From: Hypanus sabinus
Lineage: Eukaryota
Direction: 5' to 3'
Assembly: GCF_030144855.1 (NCBI RefSeq)
Contig: NC_082710.1
Location: 48,794,001 to 48,858,000, forward strand
DNA: 64,000 bases
A program made the position numbers and the translations under genes. Shown here piece after piece: positions 1 through 13,323 of the stretch. Numbering within the stretch: the first letter of the stretch is position 1; every line of letters begins with the position of its first letter. The notes under the pieces were generated by a model. That model was not told where the DNA came from. It made no database searches and worked only from the letters and a program-made list of their open reading frames with translations.

Positions 1-2700
1 AATGTTTCCCATTTCTTCCGGGACTGTGGCCTTGTCACTTCCAAGACCCCCGTCCTCCTTTATTCCAATGAGTGTACAGTCATTCGACGTTGAACTTTGC
101 ATGGAATACCCCATGTATTGTTAGTAGTTTCTGAGACCTGATGTCAGCGGCTTGCAGTTCATTCCTTCGCCAGCACACTATTGCGTTGGGTATCTGATGA
201 CTGGTAGGGCGAATGTGTCAATGGCTCTGATCTTGTTCTTCCCATTCAGCTGGCTTTTTTGGACCTGTCTCACTCTTTAGAGATACTTGGATGTTGCAGC
301 CTTCCTTGTGTCCTCATTGTGGCTTCCATGTGCCTGCACGATCCCCAGGTATTTGTACCTGTCCTGTACAACTGGTAAGTGGCGTTGAGGTAACTCAACT
401 CCTTCAGTCTTGATGAGTTTGCCTCTTTTCACTACATTCCGGCTGCACTTTTCCAGTCCAAGTGATATCCTGATGTCTCTGCTGTGCACTCTTGTCAGGT
501 GGATGTCATCCATGTACAGAAGGATGCTGATGGTCTCTCCTCTCTTGAAACTGTACCTACATCCGAAGTACAAGGAATAAAGTAGATGAGCTTGAGGCTC
601 AGTTGGAAATTGGCAAGTATGATATTGTGGGAATAACAGAGACATGGCTTCAAGCGGATAGGGCCTGGGAAATGAATATTCAAGGATATACATCTTATCG
701 AAAGGCAGAGGGGGTGGGGTGGCTCTGTTGGTGAGGAATGATATTCAGTCCCTTGCGAAGGGGGACATAGAATCAGGGGATGTAGAGTCAGTATGGATAG
801 AACTGAGAAATTCTAGGGGTAGAAAGACCCTAATGGGAGTTATCTACAGGCCCCCAAACAGCAGTCTGGATGTAGGGTGTAAGTTGAATGAAGAGTTAAA
901 ATTGCATGTCGCAAAGGTAATGATACAGTTGTCATGGGGGATTTCAACATGCAGGTAGACTGGGAGAATCAGGATGGTATTGGACCCCAAGAAAGGGAGT
1001 TTGTGGAGTGCCTCCGAGATGGATTCTTAGAACAGCTGGTACTGGAGCCTACCAGGGAGAAGGCAATTCTAGATTTAGTGTTGTGCAATGAACCGGATTT
1101 AATCAGGGACCTTGAGGTAAAGGAACCATTAGGAGGTACTGACCATAATATGATATGTTTTAATCTACAATTTAAGAAGGAGAAGGGAAAATCGGATGTG
1201 TCAGCATTACAGTTGAACAAAGGAACTATGGAGCTATGAGGGAGGAGCTGGCCAAAGTTCAATGGAACAATATCCTAGCAGGGATGACAGTGGAACAACA
1301 ATGGCAGGTATTTCTGGGAATAATGCAGAAGATGCAGTATCGGTTCATTCCAAAGAGGAAGAAAGATCCTAAGGGTAGTAAGGAAGTAAAGTAAAGGAAG
1401 GAAGTAAAGGGCAGGATAAAAATAAAAGAGAAGTATAACATAGCAAAGATGAGCGGGAAACCAAATCCTTCATTATGAGTACTGTCCTTTGTAGAGTAGC
1501 CAGTCAGGCTGGGAGCCTGCTTCAAGTGGCTGGTTCAGTTGAGCTGCCAGCCCTGTATATAATATTACTACTTTCTTCAGCTAGTAGGCCTGGATCACGT
1601 CTGGCCCTGGTTATGTCCAGCTCCTCATACTTGCTGGACATCTACTGTTGTCATGGTGACTGGTTCTTCCTCTGAAAGATTGCAGAGGCTTCCTTGTAGG
1701 TCTTTCAGCCACTGGGCACTGGTGTAATGGGATGCTTCTTTCCCCCATATTCTCTCCTCAGGTACTGTCATGTTGTTGCTCCAGAACTGTGCAAATACTT
1801 CTCCTGGTTCTTTGGAAAAGAGTGCAGTTATTTGCTTGGCCTCTGCATCCTTACTGTACCTCTGTAGTCTGGTAGCCAGAGCTGTTAACTGTTGCTTGGC
1901 AGTTTCCAGGGCTTTGGCTACGTGTACGTCCTTAGCAGCCGAGACGAGTCTTTGGTCTTCTCACCTTTCTGCATCTCAGTTAGTCTGTGAACATCCGCCC
2001 TTGTGCTTTTCATCTTAGCTTCCAATCATCAGCTCCGGAGGTGGGGAAGTGGGTTATAACAGTACTCTCCACTGTAGTTCATTTTGTAGCTCAGCATTTC
2101 TGGGACTGCTGCTGCCAATGCATATATCAAGTTATTGGTCTCAGTTCTGTTGGAGGTCGTAACTGTCGGTCGTGTTTCATTGGCTGCTTCTGGCATGCTG
2201 TCTGATGGAATTTTATCACCAAGTCTGGGGAGCCTAGTTCATTGATTGACCGTCACCAGTTTAGCTACGATCTTCTCTGTGATTGCAGCAGTCAGCACCG
2301 TTAAGCCCTGAGGTAAGGTTCGAACTTGTATTTCCCGGGTACAAGGTGATACTATTACCTTTGCGCCATCTGTGAGTTGTGGAGGTGGAGTTTTAGCTCT
2401 CATTTCCCAATCAGCTCAGTTCTGTGGTGACGTTGCTCGGTGCATCGTGATTGTATGTCTCCCAATTCAAGATGAGTTAGCAATCAGCTGTTGACAATAA
2501 CTGATCGTTGGCTAACCAGTTGTTTTTCTATGAATGTGGACAACAGTCTCATTGTTGCCAGAGTCCCCACACGCACTTGATGTGCTCCCTTCCATGTGGG
2601 TTGCTGTTAAAGTAGCATTCCATCAATTCCATGTTGTCCCGTCTCGTCTATTTATGGCTTGTTCTGGAAGCCAAGTTCTCACCAGGTGGTCCCAGACAAT
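1..2700 (-). mobile_element. Decayed R4/Dong (Rex6-like, RLE clade) non-LTR retrotransposon, interrupted by a CR1 fragment
   Basis: Minus-strand peptides include ISILLYMDD...GLEKC...YKYLGI...KSQLNGKNKIRAIDTFALPVIRYP (1-560) and RLAAQLNQ...RTVLIMKD (~1465-1555). The N-terminus shows SKEPGEVFAQFW and NMELMECYFNSNP (1790-2680). All are typical of R4/Dong ORFs, with many stops and frameshifts. Confidence 0.8.
563..1462 (+). mobile_element. CR1 LINE ORF2 fragment (APE endonuclease domain)
   Basis: RNKVDELEAQLEIGKYDIVGITETWL, GVIYRPPN, MGDFN, ILDLVL and GTDHNMI motifs (ORFs 719..958, 934..1239). Confidence 0.9.
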
Positions 2701-2789
2701 TCAAACATTGTCAATAGAGGCTTGCTATCACATCTTGAATTGGAAGACATACAATCATGATACACCAAAGAACCGAGCTGATCACCCGT

Positions 2790-5700
2790 AATCAATTACT
2801 TTGTTTAATCAATATATATTTATAATACTCAAATATTTAAATATTAAATAGACAACACTCCTTTCTGCTTAGCTATAAACACCAACTCAATATAGGATAC
2901 ATCTCAACTTACAGTATACATTCACAGTATACCATATAATACAACTACTATACAGAGACATCCACAGCACAGAAAATTTTAAATTGTCCCATTCAGGCCT
3001 AAAGATTTAACTGCACGGAGGATTTCTTACTCTTGGGGGATAATGTCTTTCCAGACCGGGGGCGGGGGGAAGAAATCATTCTGCCTGGCAGGTGAGACTT
3101 GTGGCTATTAAACAATCTCATGTTCTGGGGCTTCCACTGTGGCAGTTGTAGGATTTGACTCTGGAACTACAGTAAGTGGTCCTGACAGCTCCAGACACCT
3201 TTCTTCTGGATGTATCGGCATTCCAAACCTTGCACAGTACACTGCTCAATCTGCTGATCTATCCAAGGCCACCAGAGTGTTGAGCTAATACTTTCATTTT
3301 GACCACACCGAGATGACCAGCATTTAGCTCTTCTAACAAGTTAGCTCTTAGCTTGTATGATACAACAACTTTCAATCTCCACAGAAGCCCACCTCTGTCA
3401 AGGGCAAGTTCATCTTGGCACTGGTAAAAATATGAGAACTAGAATTTCTGCTGCACATTCCCGCCATTTTGGGTGGCCATATAGACCTGAGAGACCGTGT
3501 GGAGTCTCTTCTGGTTTCCCTTTGGATCATCTCCGCCTTAATATGGAGATTTTCAATTTGCATTAGGGAGAATATGTCAAAAATGGTGTTGTCTCTTGGA
3601 AACTTTTCAGGTATTCCCTTTTACAAAGGTATAACAGGAGAATCCATCAACATTTTTCCCGATTAGTTGTCCTCTTGAATTTGATCTTGTAATTGTGTCC
3701 TCCAAGAAACAGAGCCATCTCTGCCTTTGTGTAGCTGCTGCTTGTGGAACAGATCCTTCCCGATCTGTAGTAGAGTTCAAGGGGTGGAGCACAGTAGTCA
3801 GGTTCAGCAGGAACCTGTTAAAGTAATTGACAAATCCCAAAAAGGATTGCAACTGTGACACATCCGTTGGCCTTGGGGCATTCCATGCTGCTTGAAATTT
3901 TTCCAGCACACTTGTGTAATCCTAGCGTACCAACAGTGCAACAACAGCAAGTGATGCTTGGTATGAAGAACTCGCACTTGATGCATTGTGCTAAGTCCAT
4001 AATCATCTAATCCTTTTAACAATGTCTTGAGATTTTAGACATGCTCCTTGTCATCTTTACTGGTAACAAAGATGTCATCCAGCTAAGTCTCTGTGCAGCC
4101 TTGCAGCACCTGGTTCATAGCTTTCTGCCAGAGTGCAGGTGGAGATGCTACTCCAAAAATAAGCCTATTGTAGTGATAAACCTCTTTGTGAGAGCTTATG
4201 GTGAGAAACAGTTGGAACTCTTCTCCCATTGCCACTTTTAGGTAGGCCTCAATTAAGTCCACTTTGCTTAAGTGTTTTCCTCAGAAAGGTTTGCAAACAT
4301 ATCCTCCACCCTGGGCAGAGGGTATTGATCTATTTGCATTACTGGGTTGATGGTGACCTTAAAATTACCACAGATCCTGACAAACCCACACTTCTTGGTC
4401 ACTGGCATTGTTCACAGGCTTCCCTCAATCTTGGAAAGATTTCCTTCAATCTCCGTGTAATTAGTTCATTGGCAACTTTATCATAGGTGGTACAAGGAAC
4501 TGGATGGTGTTTGTAAAACTTGGGTGTGGCACTTTCGCTTAACACAATTTTAACCATAGATATGTTTGAGTTTTCCAATGTTATCATTGAACATTTATCA
4601 TTTATCATTTATCATTGGCATCATCCATTACTTTTCTGAATTCACTTTCAATTGGCTCCACTGCAGGGAATGTGACAAGTCGTGTGGATAGTCAGAGGCT
4701 TTTTCCCTGGGCTGAAATGGCTAACACGAGAGGGCACAGTTTTAAGGTGCTTGTTAGTAGATACAGAAGATATGTTGAGGTAAGTGTTTTTTTATATACA
4801 AGGCAAAAAGTGGTGAGTGCATGGAATGGGCTGTTGGCGACAGTGGTGGAGGCGGATATGATAAGGTCCTCTAAAAGCTCTTGGATAGGTACATGGAGCT
4901 TAGAAAAATAGAGGGCTATGGGTAACCCCAGATAATTTCTAAAGTATGTACATGTTCGGCACAGCATTGTGGGCCGAAGGGCTTGTATTGTGCTGTAGGT
5001 TTTCTATGTTTCTAAGCCCTCACAATGCTGGCTCTCCTGTTTTTACCGCATAGAAGCCCAATGCGGCTTGATGATAGTTGTATTTCACTGTTACAAATGT
5101 CATTCCCACAGGCATTACCAGTTCTCCAGTACAAGTTCTTAGTTGGATATCTGCAGGCTTCAGTTTAGTACCTTTAAAATGCCATTCAAACTTATTTTGT
5201 GGAAGAGCTGAAACAGCTGAGCCAGTGTCCAATGTATTTTAATTAATTTGCTGTTCACTTCTGGTGTAAGCCATATTGCTCATTTATTGTGGGTTTCAAC
5301 TTGTAATTCTCAATGTAACCCAATCCTGCTGCACTCTCATCATTATATTTTTCCACCAACTGAATGCAGATTAGTACTCTTATTTGAAAATGTAATTTGA
5401 CTTTAAATTTTTTTCTCTTTCCTGTACAGTCCATTTATGTTTGTTTGCTCAACATTCTCTTTGTGTGTGACCTACTTCATTGCATTTTCTGCAAGTTTCA
5501 TCTTTAAACTTGATCTGGCCTGGTGGATGCGAGCCCTTCGACAGCTATAATACAATTTGTTCATCCAGATGGGCCTCAGTCAAGATGCTGCAATTTTGTT
5601 CACACTCACTTTCATTCCTGTCTGCTGTTTCCATTGATACAGCCATTTCAACTGCTCTTTTAAACGTAAGTTGTGCTTCAGCAAGCAGCAATTATTGAAT

Positions 5701-6620
5701 GCTTTCTTGCAAGATTACACAAACTAAACAATCTCTCAGTATATCATTAAGCCCATTATTGAACTGACAATGCTCAAACAGCTTCTTCAATTGAGCCATA
5801 TACACTGAAAAGACTCCCTTTTCATTCGATTCTGCTTATGGAACCTAAAGCATTCCACAACCAACAATGGTTTCTGTTCTAAATATTCCTGCATTACTTT
5901 TACGATATCAGCAAAGTTCATTTCGGCTGGTGTGGTTGGAGCAGTTCAGTTAAACTTTGAAGCAAACTATATGCCTTTAAACCCAATGCACTCACAAAAC
6001 TGGCACTTGGTTCTCACTGGCTTTTTCATTTGTTTTTAAACAATACAGACGCTACTCAATCCACTCCATATATAATATCTAGTTATGTCATGTAATCAAA
6101 TGAGTCAATCTTTCTGATACAGCCAGCCATTTCTGCTCTTTATGATCATTATCACCCAGTACTCATGAATTCTTCCTTTTTTTGCCTTTTAAAAAAAAAC
6201 AACTGTATTTGTCTGTCCCTGAAGAAACACATGCTGTACTGTCTTTTTTACTTGACCATTCTCGCTGCATTTTTAACTCTAACATCTCGCTGTGCTACAA
6301 CAGGTACATAGTCATCTTGGGTTTGTTTAAGAAATCAGAGTCAGAAACACAACTCTCTTTAGTTTTTACTTTCAGCGAGGCACACACACATGATGTGGTG
6401 GTGTGATGATGTATAGCTATTTACGTATTTTTGCATATGACTTGTAATGAATTATGTATGCAACAAAGAATGCTTAATCAAACATTGTCTACTTAAAATA
6501 TTACTGAATTATTAAGTACACAACACTCCTCCCTGCTTAAATATAAACTACTCAATATAGAATACGGCTCAATACAAATTTACAATGTATTGCTCTCTAG
6601 TCACTACATACAGATATACA
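2790..6620 (-). mobile_element. Decayed Ty3/Gypsy LTR retrotransposon (gag-protease-RT-integrase remnants, LTR pieces, PPT)
   Basis: Protease MDTGSAVS (5020..5232), RT/connection APRPTDVSQLQSFLGFVNYFNRFL (3607..3909) and gag LTFKRAVEMAVSME (~5620-5680). An integrase zinc-binding remnant lies at ~3220-3400. A polypurine tract abuts a TGTTGT LTR start at 2857 and again at 6525. Confidence 0.85.
4681..5014 (+). mobile_element. 5'-truncated CR1 3' end inserted in the Gypsy pol region
   Basis: RVDSQRLFP...TRGHSFK...VVSAWNGL followed by the CR1 3' UTR ending TTCTATGTTTCTA. Same subfamily as 22170-22520. Confidence 0.9.
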
Positions 6621-7010
6621 CCTTTGATTGTGGATTGTGGAGTAGATGATGTTTGCCAATTCCAATTGCCTAGGGTCTCTAAGTAAGAAAATTAAGGATC
6701 CAGTTGCACAAGGAGGTACTGAGGCCTATGCCTTAGAGCTTATTGATTAGTTTTGAGGGGATGGTGGTATTGAATGTGCAGCTGTAGTCAGTGTGAAGAG
6801 CATCCTGATGTATATACCTTCACTGTCCAGATTTTCCAGGGTTGAGTAAAGAGCCAATGAACTAGCATCTGATGTTGTAATTACAGGCAAATTGGAGTGG
6901 ATCCAAGTCACTCCTTTGACAATTGAGATGTTTCATCACCAAACTCTCAAAGCACTCCATCACAATGGATGCAAGTGCTCCTGGATGACAGTAATTGAGG
7001 CAAATTATCA
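6620..7010 (-). mobile_element. Rex1/Babar-type LINE RT fragment
   Basis: Minus strand reads IRMLF.DYSCTFNTTIPSKLINKL..GLSTSLCNWILNFL, the Rex1/Babar version of the RT 'DYSSAFNT' motif. Confidence 0.75.
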
Positions 7011-8339
7011 CGTTCTTGTTGCTGAACATGTTTTTGAACATGCGTTTTAAACTGGACTCTCATATTGTTGACCATCAATATCAATTGCACTGCTTTGATG
7101 AGGGTAGAAAGGTCCAGGGGACCAGAGCTATTTGCAAGCTCATTCTGTATCCAAATGCTGCATTGACAGAAATGAGGGATCAAACTGCTCTCTGAACTAC
7201 TACAAAGAGAAAAGCAAAAAAATGGTACTGAATCAGAAATGGGTGGGGTGCAGATTTTAGGAAATTTAAAAATTGTCTTATTAGTTACTCCCTCCTAAAC
7301 TACTGGTTGGGATCATCTCCTCAACTAGCAGACTTTTGCCTAGATCTGGTTTCAATAATTTCAATGAGCTGAAGAACTGCAGCTCAAAAGTAGCCATTCT
7401 TTAGCCATTTATTATGTGGTCTTTGCTATAAAAATAAACAGTAAATACCAAGTACTGAAAACAAGTACCAGAATTACTTTGAAAACACTCCACTGGCCAT
7501 TAAATGCAGTTAAGAAACATAGAGCTCTTGTTGGCAGGAGCTCGAGGGTGTAGTGTTTTGTCAGTCACATTTGTATTACATTCCAGAATTTCAGTGGCTT
7601 GTGAAGCTCAACTTAACTTTTCAATTTGAAGGCCCTTGGTCAGAACTGGGAAAATTGAGATGTGGAAAAAAAAAAGACACGTTTTAATGTGTAAATAAAG
7701 GTGGTGCAAGCAATGTTAGAGTACAAAGACAGCATCTTATTTTTTTTGAACAGTGACCTCTAATTTTAGAATCTCTCAAGAGGAAATATCCACACCATCA
7801 CGACTTTTTTCATAAAACGTGCTTTCTTGTACCACCATCGTCATCTGGATTTTTAATGTATTAGATGTTAAATTTTTCAAATTAAGGGCAGCAAAAGGGT
7901 TTTTCTAGCTGATGATTGACCATGCAATTTTCCCGTGAGCATTAGAGGTCACATCCATAATCCATGGCTTGAATAATGGTTTAGATTTAGATTTGTACAA
8001 CTACTCCAAGGTCAAGGTTTGCCAAAAAAAATTCAGCTTCATAGACATTTAAGTTCAACTGCAAATGATTTATATCATACATTTAAAACACAATTTCCCA
8101 AACTTGTAATTTAACAAAATAGGCAATAGTGGAAAGGGGACCACCTTTAAAAAGCAATTTACCTCTTCTTTACAGAATGACTGATCTTTCACCCTTGTTC
8201 ACTTTTGTTTCGTACCTGCATATTAACTTGCTAACCTAGAAAGCAATTACTCTTCAGTGTGCAACTGGTATATCACCAACAATCACCATATGAGTAGATT
8301 CTACTTTCATGCCGTTGCCTCTAATCTGGATTTAATCCT

Positions 8340-8640
8340 GTTCTCTGCTGGTATGGTCATGTGAAGTTGGCACATTCTCCCTGTGACCATGTGGGTCTCC
8401 TTAGGCTACTTCTGTCTTCCACAACATCCCAAAGCTGTGTGGACTGATAGGTTATTAGGCTGCTGTAAATTACACCTAGAGAGCAGGCAAGCAGTAGATC
8501 TGCTTGGGAGGGTGGGTGGGGGAGCGAAAGCAGATGAGAGTTTGGGAGAATGAAAACTATGAATTAATGTAAGATTAGTGAAAATGGTTAGTTGATGTCA
8601 GAACTGGGTCCATTTTGTGTTGGATCTTTCTATGACTATT
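8340..8640 (+). mobile_element. Decayed V-SINE/HE1-like SINE
   Basis: Core GCACATTCTCCCTGTGACCATGTGGGTCTCC...ACATCCCAAAG, shared with the copies at 24950 and 63720. Confidence 0.65.
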
Positions 8641-8669
8641 TATACTCAGCTGCAGGAAATAGAGCGCCT

Positions 8670-8864
8670 ATATAAAAAGGTTTTTGTCCCTTTGGAAGGT
8701 TTAATGTAGATCACTTTGTAGAGATCTGTTTCCACTTGAGACACAAAAGTGTCTTTTTCTGTTGATCAGTGACAAAAAAGCCAAATTTAACTCTACTGTG
8801 ATTCATTGGTAAAACAATAAAACATGAAAACTTCCAAAGGATTGAATACCTTTAATAGGCACTG
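8670..8864 (+). mobile_element. Tc1-like DNA transposon terminal fragment
   Basis: Ends GAATACCTTTAATAGGCACTG followed by TA, a Tc1-type TIR plus target dinucleotide. Confidence 0.55.
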
Positions 8865-10299
8865 TAGGTTTAAATTAGTAGAATGATGGTTGCACAGCAT
8901 TTAATGTATAGACATTGGGCAGCAGGCTCAACAGGTCCATGTTATCTGTACTAGGCAGGAATCATAAACCCACTGCCCCATCCCCAAACAATATTTCCTG
9001 TCCTCGGGGTGTTGGTTATGTCATTTTTTTTATGCATCTTTGCTAGTCACCTTGAATATACTTCTGCAGGTGGCAAATTCCACATTCTTACCATCATCTG
9101 GCAAATGTCATTTTTCCTGAGATCCTTATTGGATTTGATTATGACACACTTCTGGCCCCACAATTCAAGACCACTTTGCTAATCTTTCCTAGAGGGGGGC
9201 TGTGCATGTGTGTGTGGGTGGGTGGGTGATGATGTCTCAGCACATTCAATTGGTTTGGGGAGGTCTGACTGAGGTTTCTAATCACGTAGCACAATGGGGA
9301 TGCACAGCACTGTAGAATGTTAACAGAAAACTGACTCTGCAAAACAGCATAATGTTCAGCTCCCAAATAACACAAGGCCACTTCAATTCCCTTGTATGCA
9401 TTAATGCACCAATACTCATTTTCAAATCTTCTGCAACAACTGTAATTGCCTTAATCTAGCATGGCTTTATTTCTTTACATCTAGTCTTCCATATTTTATG
9501 TCTCTTTTTGCATGCCCTTCCACTACACCATCGGACAAGAATGCTTTAGAGATGTTAGTCCCTGTCCTGTGAAGACTCTTCTATTTCAGACTTTCCTTTT
9601 GATCACTTCTTTAGTCATTTGCAATGGTTTGGAATTTCTTTTTCATGTTATAGCTGTTAATATTGTGAATCTGAATGACTAACACCTTATTACAGGCACA
9701 AATTTTATCTCACGTACCCTGATAGTTTTATAATAAATTACATTTATCAGCGTAATTTAAAAATGCCCAACTATACATTACGTTCACTGAGCAATCCCAA
9801 ACGGCAAAGTAGATGAAATAGAGGAGATTCACCAAAAACATTGTTGTGAACTGTTTGCTGGAAGTGCTGAAAACAAAAGTAAACCGTTAACACATTCAAA
9901 ATGAAGTAAAGATTCAAATGCTTAACAATCTAAATACCATTGCTTAAATCATCAAGTGGATCAAGTGGGTTCAGAAAAGCCTGGCCATAATGCAAAGTTT
10001 TTGAAAGTCAGACCACTTTCATAGGTTAAACAGCTGTCCAAAAGTTCATGCAAAAAAAAATCACAATAATGTGGTTGCAATCATCCCTGTTTATCTTAAT
10101 TTCCATCTCTTGATTCCATTCTGTCTACATGCTTGATGACTGGTGACCAGAAATATGTTCTCTCATTCCTTAAATAGGGATTTGGTAACCTAAGTACATT
10201 TGGCATTAGACTTCAAGGATTACAGTTATCTTGAGCTCAATTTCATTTTGTGCACAGTTCTAAATGCTTCTTGGATTTGAAATCATTTAGCTTTTTAAC

Positions 10300-10673
10300 A
10301 TATTGGTAAAAAAAAAGTAATCAAATCCTTAGCAAAAAGTAATAGCAACAGAAGATGCCAAATCCTTGTGAGTAGAGTTATAATACTGTAGAGGGTAAAA
10401 AGACTTTTTTGGGAGATACATACAACCCTCCAAACAGTAGCCATAATGCAGGGTACAAATTAGAACAGAAAGCAGAAAGAGCATGCAAAAAGGGCAATGT
10501 TACAATAAGCATGGGGGATTTCAATAAGCAGGTAGGCACAAAATCAAGCCCCAAGAATAAGGGATTTGTAGAATGCTATGAAGTGTTTTTTGGAACAATT
10601 TATGTTCAAGCCCACCAGGGGTAAAGCAATTACAGGTTTAGTGCTGTTCAGTTATTCAGATTTGATTAGGTAG
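10300..10673 (+). mobile_element. Decayed CR1 endonuclease fragment
   Basis: YNPPNSS...ISMGDFN (ORF 10409..10624). Confidence 0.75.
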
Positions 10674-12250
10674 TGTTGGAGGCACGCATCCATCTTCTGT
10701 CGCGAATTTATCACGGACTTTGGTAATTATGGGTTGGGTCGTGGCAGAAGCAAATGAGTATAGTTATAGTATTAGTTTAGATGAGAGGAAGTGAGCTGGG
10801 GGAGATATTTTTTGTTGACTGCTTAATTACACAAATTACTCTTGTGTATAGTGATAATACCCTATATCACTAATCTAGTTACGTCAGTACTTTATCAATC
10901 CAAGATAATTCATCTTTGCTGGTTTCAAAATAAAACTGAACATAATTTTTTCTGACTTGGAAGTTATTTGGAAGTGTATCATACAGTGTCTAGACCCTTG
11001 CTTAGTCTCGAAGCAATTTTCAAATAACCAATACATTTCATCAACAAAAAAAAGTTATACCAAGCAAACACCAGTCTAAGGCAAAGGATTGCCTTGGATC
11101 TGTTGGCAAAACAGAAGCAGCTTGTGGTAGGATTATCAGTGACCTTTTGTTGATTCATGCTGTGTATTTGTGGTTTGAACACAGTTTTGAACGATCAGCT
11201 CTGCCTGTCCGTTGGGGACCATTACTTGATTGCATTTGCCTGAGGGTTTAATCGCTTTGTTTTATTGAAGTGCTGAAATATTCATCCAGTTACTAACATT
11301 TGAATTGAATGCTGTTTGTTTGGTTTTGTTTAAGCACTGTGGATGGGTAGACAGTTTTGCTATTGCCGACGTTTATTGAACAGAGTATTGCTGGCATGTT
11401 TTGCGAATGTGCCGTGGGTGAACAAAGAACTAATTGTGAATTGCACAATGAGGGGAAAGTCATATGAGTAAATCAAAGCATGGAACTGACATCAGCGAGC
11501 CTGAAGTCAGGGCTAGCAAAAGAGGAATTATACTTACTGCTATAGCAAAAGTGAATCAAATTGAAATTCTTTGAAATGGGCATAAAACAAATGTGAACAA
11601 AATTAAAGGTTGAAGGATCTTATGGAAAATACAGAAAATGCTTTACGAGTGCAATCTTATCTTGAGGACTTGACTGAATTGTGAAACTGCTGCTAAGCAA
11701 CATCAAACACTTGTCATTACTTCCCAAGGACAAACAGGAAAGATAGAATGAATGTTTTTCCAACATCGATAGCTATAGTAGCACATTGAGGTTGCGAAAC
11801 AATGGTTGACCCAATCCTGCTGCATTGAAAGTCATGTTGCTGCAACAAGTCAATGTGTCCCGCCTTCCATCAGACAATGCTTCTCAAATTCAAAGTCATG
11901 TCTTGGTTACGCATGCAGCAGATGACTCACAAGATGATGTGAAACTGAATGATAGTGTATCAAATATCACTTGCAGAGTTCTGTTGCAGGAATAAAATAG
12001 TCAGTATTTATTACCTTCTCTGCATACATTTTGCTGTATTAATCACACCTCAATAGTTATGGAAGAACAAACATGCACTGGAAGAGCAAGAAAAACTGCT
12101 ACAGAAAAGGAAGCAACGGCTTAAGTTGCAGGAAGAAATTGCCACACATATGGCTAAAGTTAATATACTAAGGGCTTCAAGTATGGCAAGTGCTAAAAGT
12201 TCTCCAACAGTAAAGTCCTATGGTGCGAGTTCCTATATTGAAAATTCAAA
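10674..12250 (+). mobile_element. BEL/Pao-like LTR retrotransposon 5' part (LTR plus decayed gag N-terminus)
   Basis: Begins abruptly with TGTTGG, with AATAAA at ~10929. A coiled-coil peptide KHALEEQEKLLQKRKQRLKLQEEIATHMAKVNIL resembles fish BEL gag N-termini (recognised from memory). Confidence 0.55.
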
Positions 12251-12849
12251 GCTGCATCAAGACATCTTACAGAATGCCAAAGGAGTAGTCAGTCACCCAA
12301 AGCTTAACAACAATTCAACAAGACAATGATCCAAGAGACAAACAGTAAATCAACAACAGAATGGTTTAAAAGAGCAGAAAATTCTTTTTTTTTTGGAGTG
12401 GCCGCATCAAAGTCCTGACCTTAATCCTATAGAAAAGTCGTGGAAGGACCTGAAGCAAGCAGTTCATGCAAGGAAGCCCACCAACATGCCAGAGTTGAAG
12501 CAGTTTTGTGAGCAGGAATGGCCTAAAATTCCTCCAATCCGACATGCAGGACTGATCAACAGTTACCAGAAACAGCTGGTTGAAGCAATTGCTATATTGG
12601 GGGGGGGGGGGGGGGGGTCACACCAGTTACTGAACGCAAAGGTTCACATACTTTTCCAACAAATACATGTAATATTGGATCATTTTTCTCAACAAATAAA
12701 TGAACAACTGTAATATTTTCTGTGTTATTTAGTTAATAGGGATCTCTTAATTTAGTTTTAGGACTTGCATGAAGATCTGATCACATTTAAGTCATATTTA
12801 TGGAGAAACAGAAAATTCTACAGGGTTCACAAACTTTCTAGCAGCTCTG
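12250..12849 (+). mobile_element. Tc1 transposon 3' half (DD34E C-terminus and right TIR)
   Basis: QDNDP...EWPHQSPDLNPIEKSWKDLK...ELKQFCEQEWPKIP; ends ...CTCTG followed by TA. Confidence 0.9.
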
Positions 12850-12999
12850 TAGATCTGCTGAGGTCTCTCTGGTGGCCTCATGGTGACCTCAGCCAAGACA
12901 TGGTGGACTTTAGAGTACATCACTTTGGAGCAATTCCATCACCAAACTGTGCCAGAGGAGGCGATTGGCAGCAGGTAAGAAGTAGTAAGTAGTAAACGG

Positions 13000-13280
13000 A
13001 ACATTGGCCTTCTTTGTTTGTGAATAGCAGTAATTAAAATTAATAGTAGTGAGGCTTTGCTGCAACTGTACAGAATACTGATCACAATGCTCCTGGAGTA
13101 GCTCATGTATTTCCGGTCAACTTACTTGAGGAAAGATATACTGGCTTTGGAAGCACAGCAGTACAGGCTCATCAGATTAATTCCGGAAATGAAGAGTTAG
13201 ACTGAGGAGAGATTTAATATCCTTGGACTACATACATTGAAATTCAGAAGAATGTGAGGGAATCTTATCAAAACTTTAAA
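13000..13280 (+). mobile_element. Old CR1 RT C-terminal fragment
   Basis: Degenerate LLQLYRILI...LE...YLRKDILALEA...EFRRM.GNLIK. Confidence 0.6.
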
Positions 13281-13323
13281 ATTTCTCAGTTCAGGGAAGC
13301 ACAAGATGCTACCTCATTAAATA

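Noticed and set aside
4592-4615. (CATTTAT)3 repeat; also GGAAGTAAAG duplication at ~1380-1410 and G/C homopolymers at 12599, 28856 and 61291
   Set aside because: Simple slippage within dead elements or homopolymer noise; not an array or CRISPR.
9781-9866. Minus-strand exon candidate with a good acceptor
   Set aside because: Weak donor (AAC|GTAATG) and no recognisable peptide in any frame.
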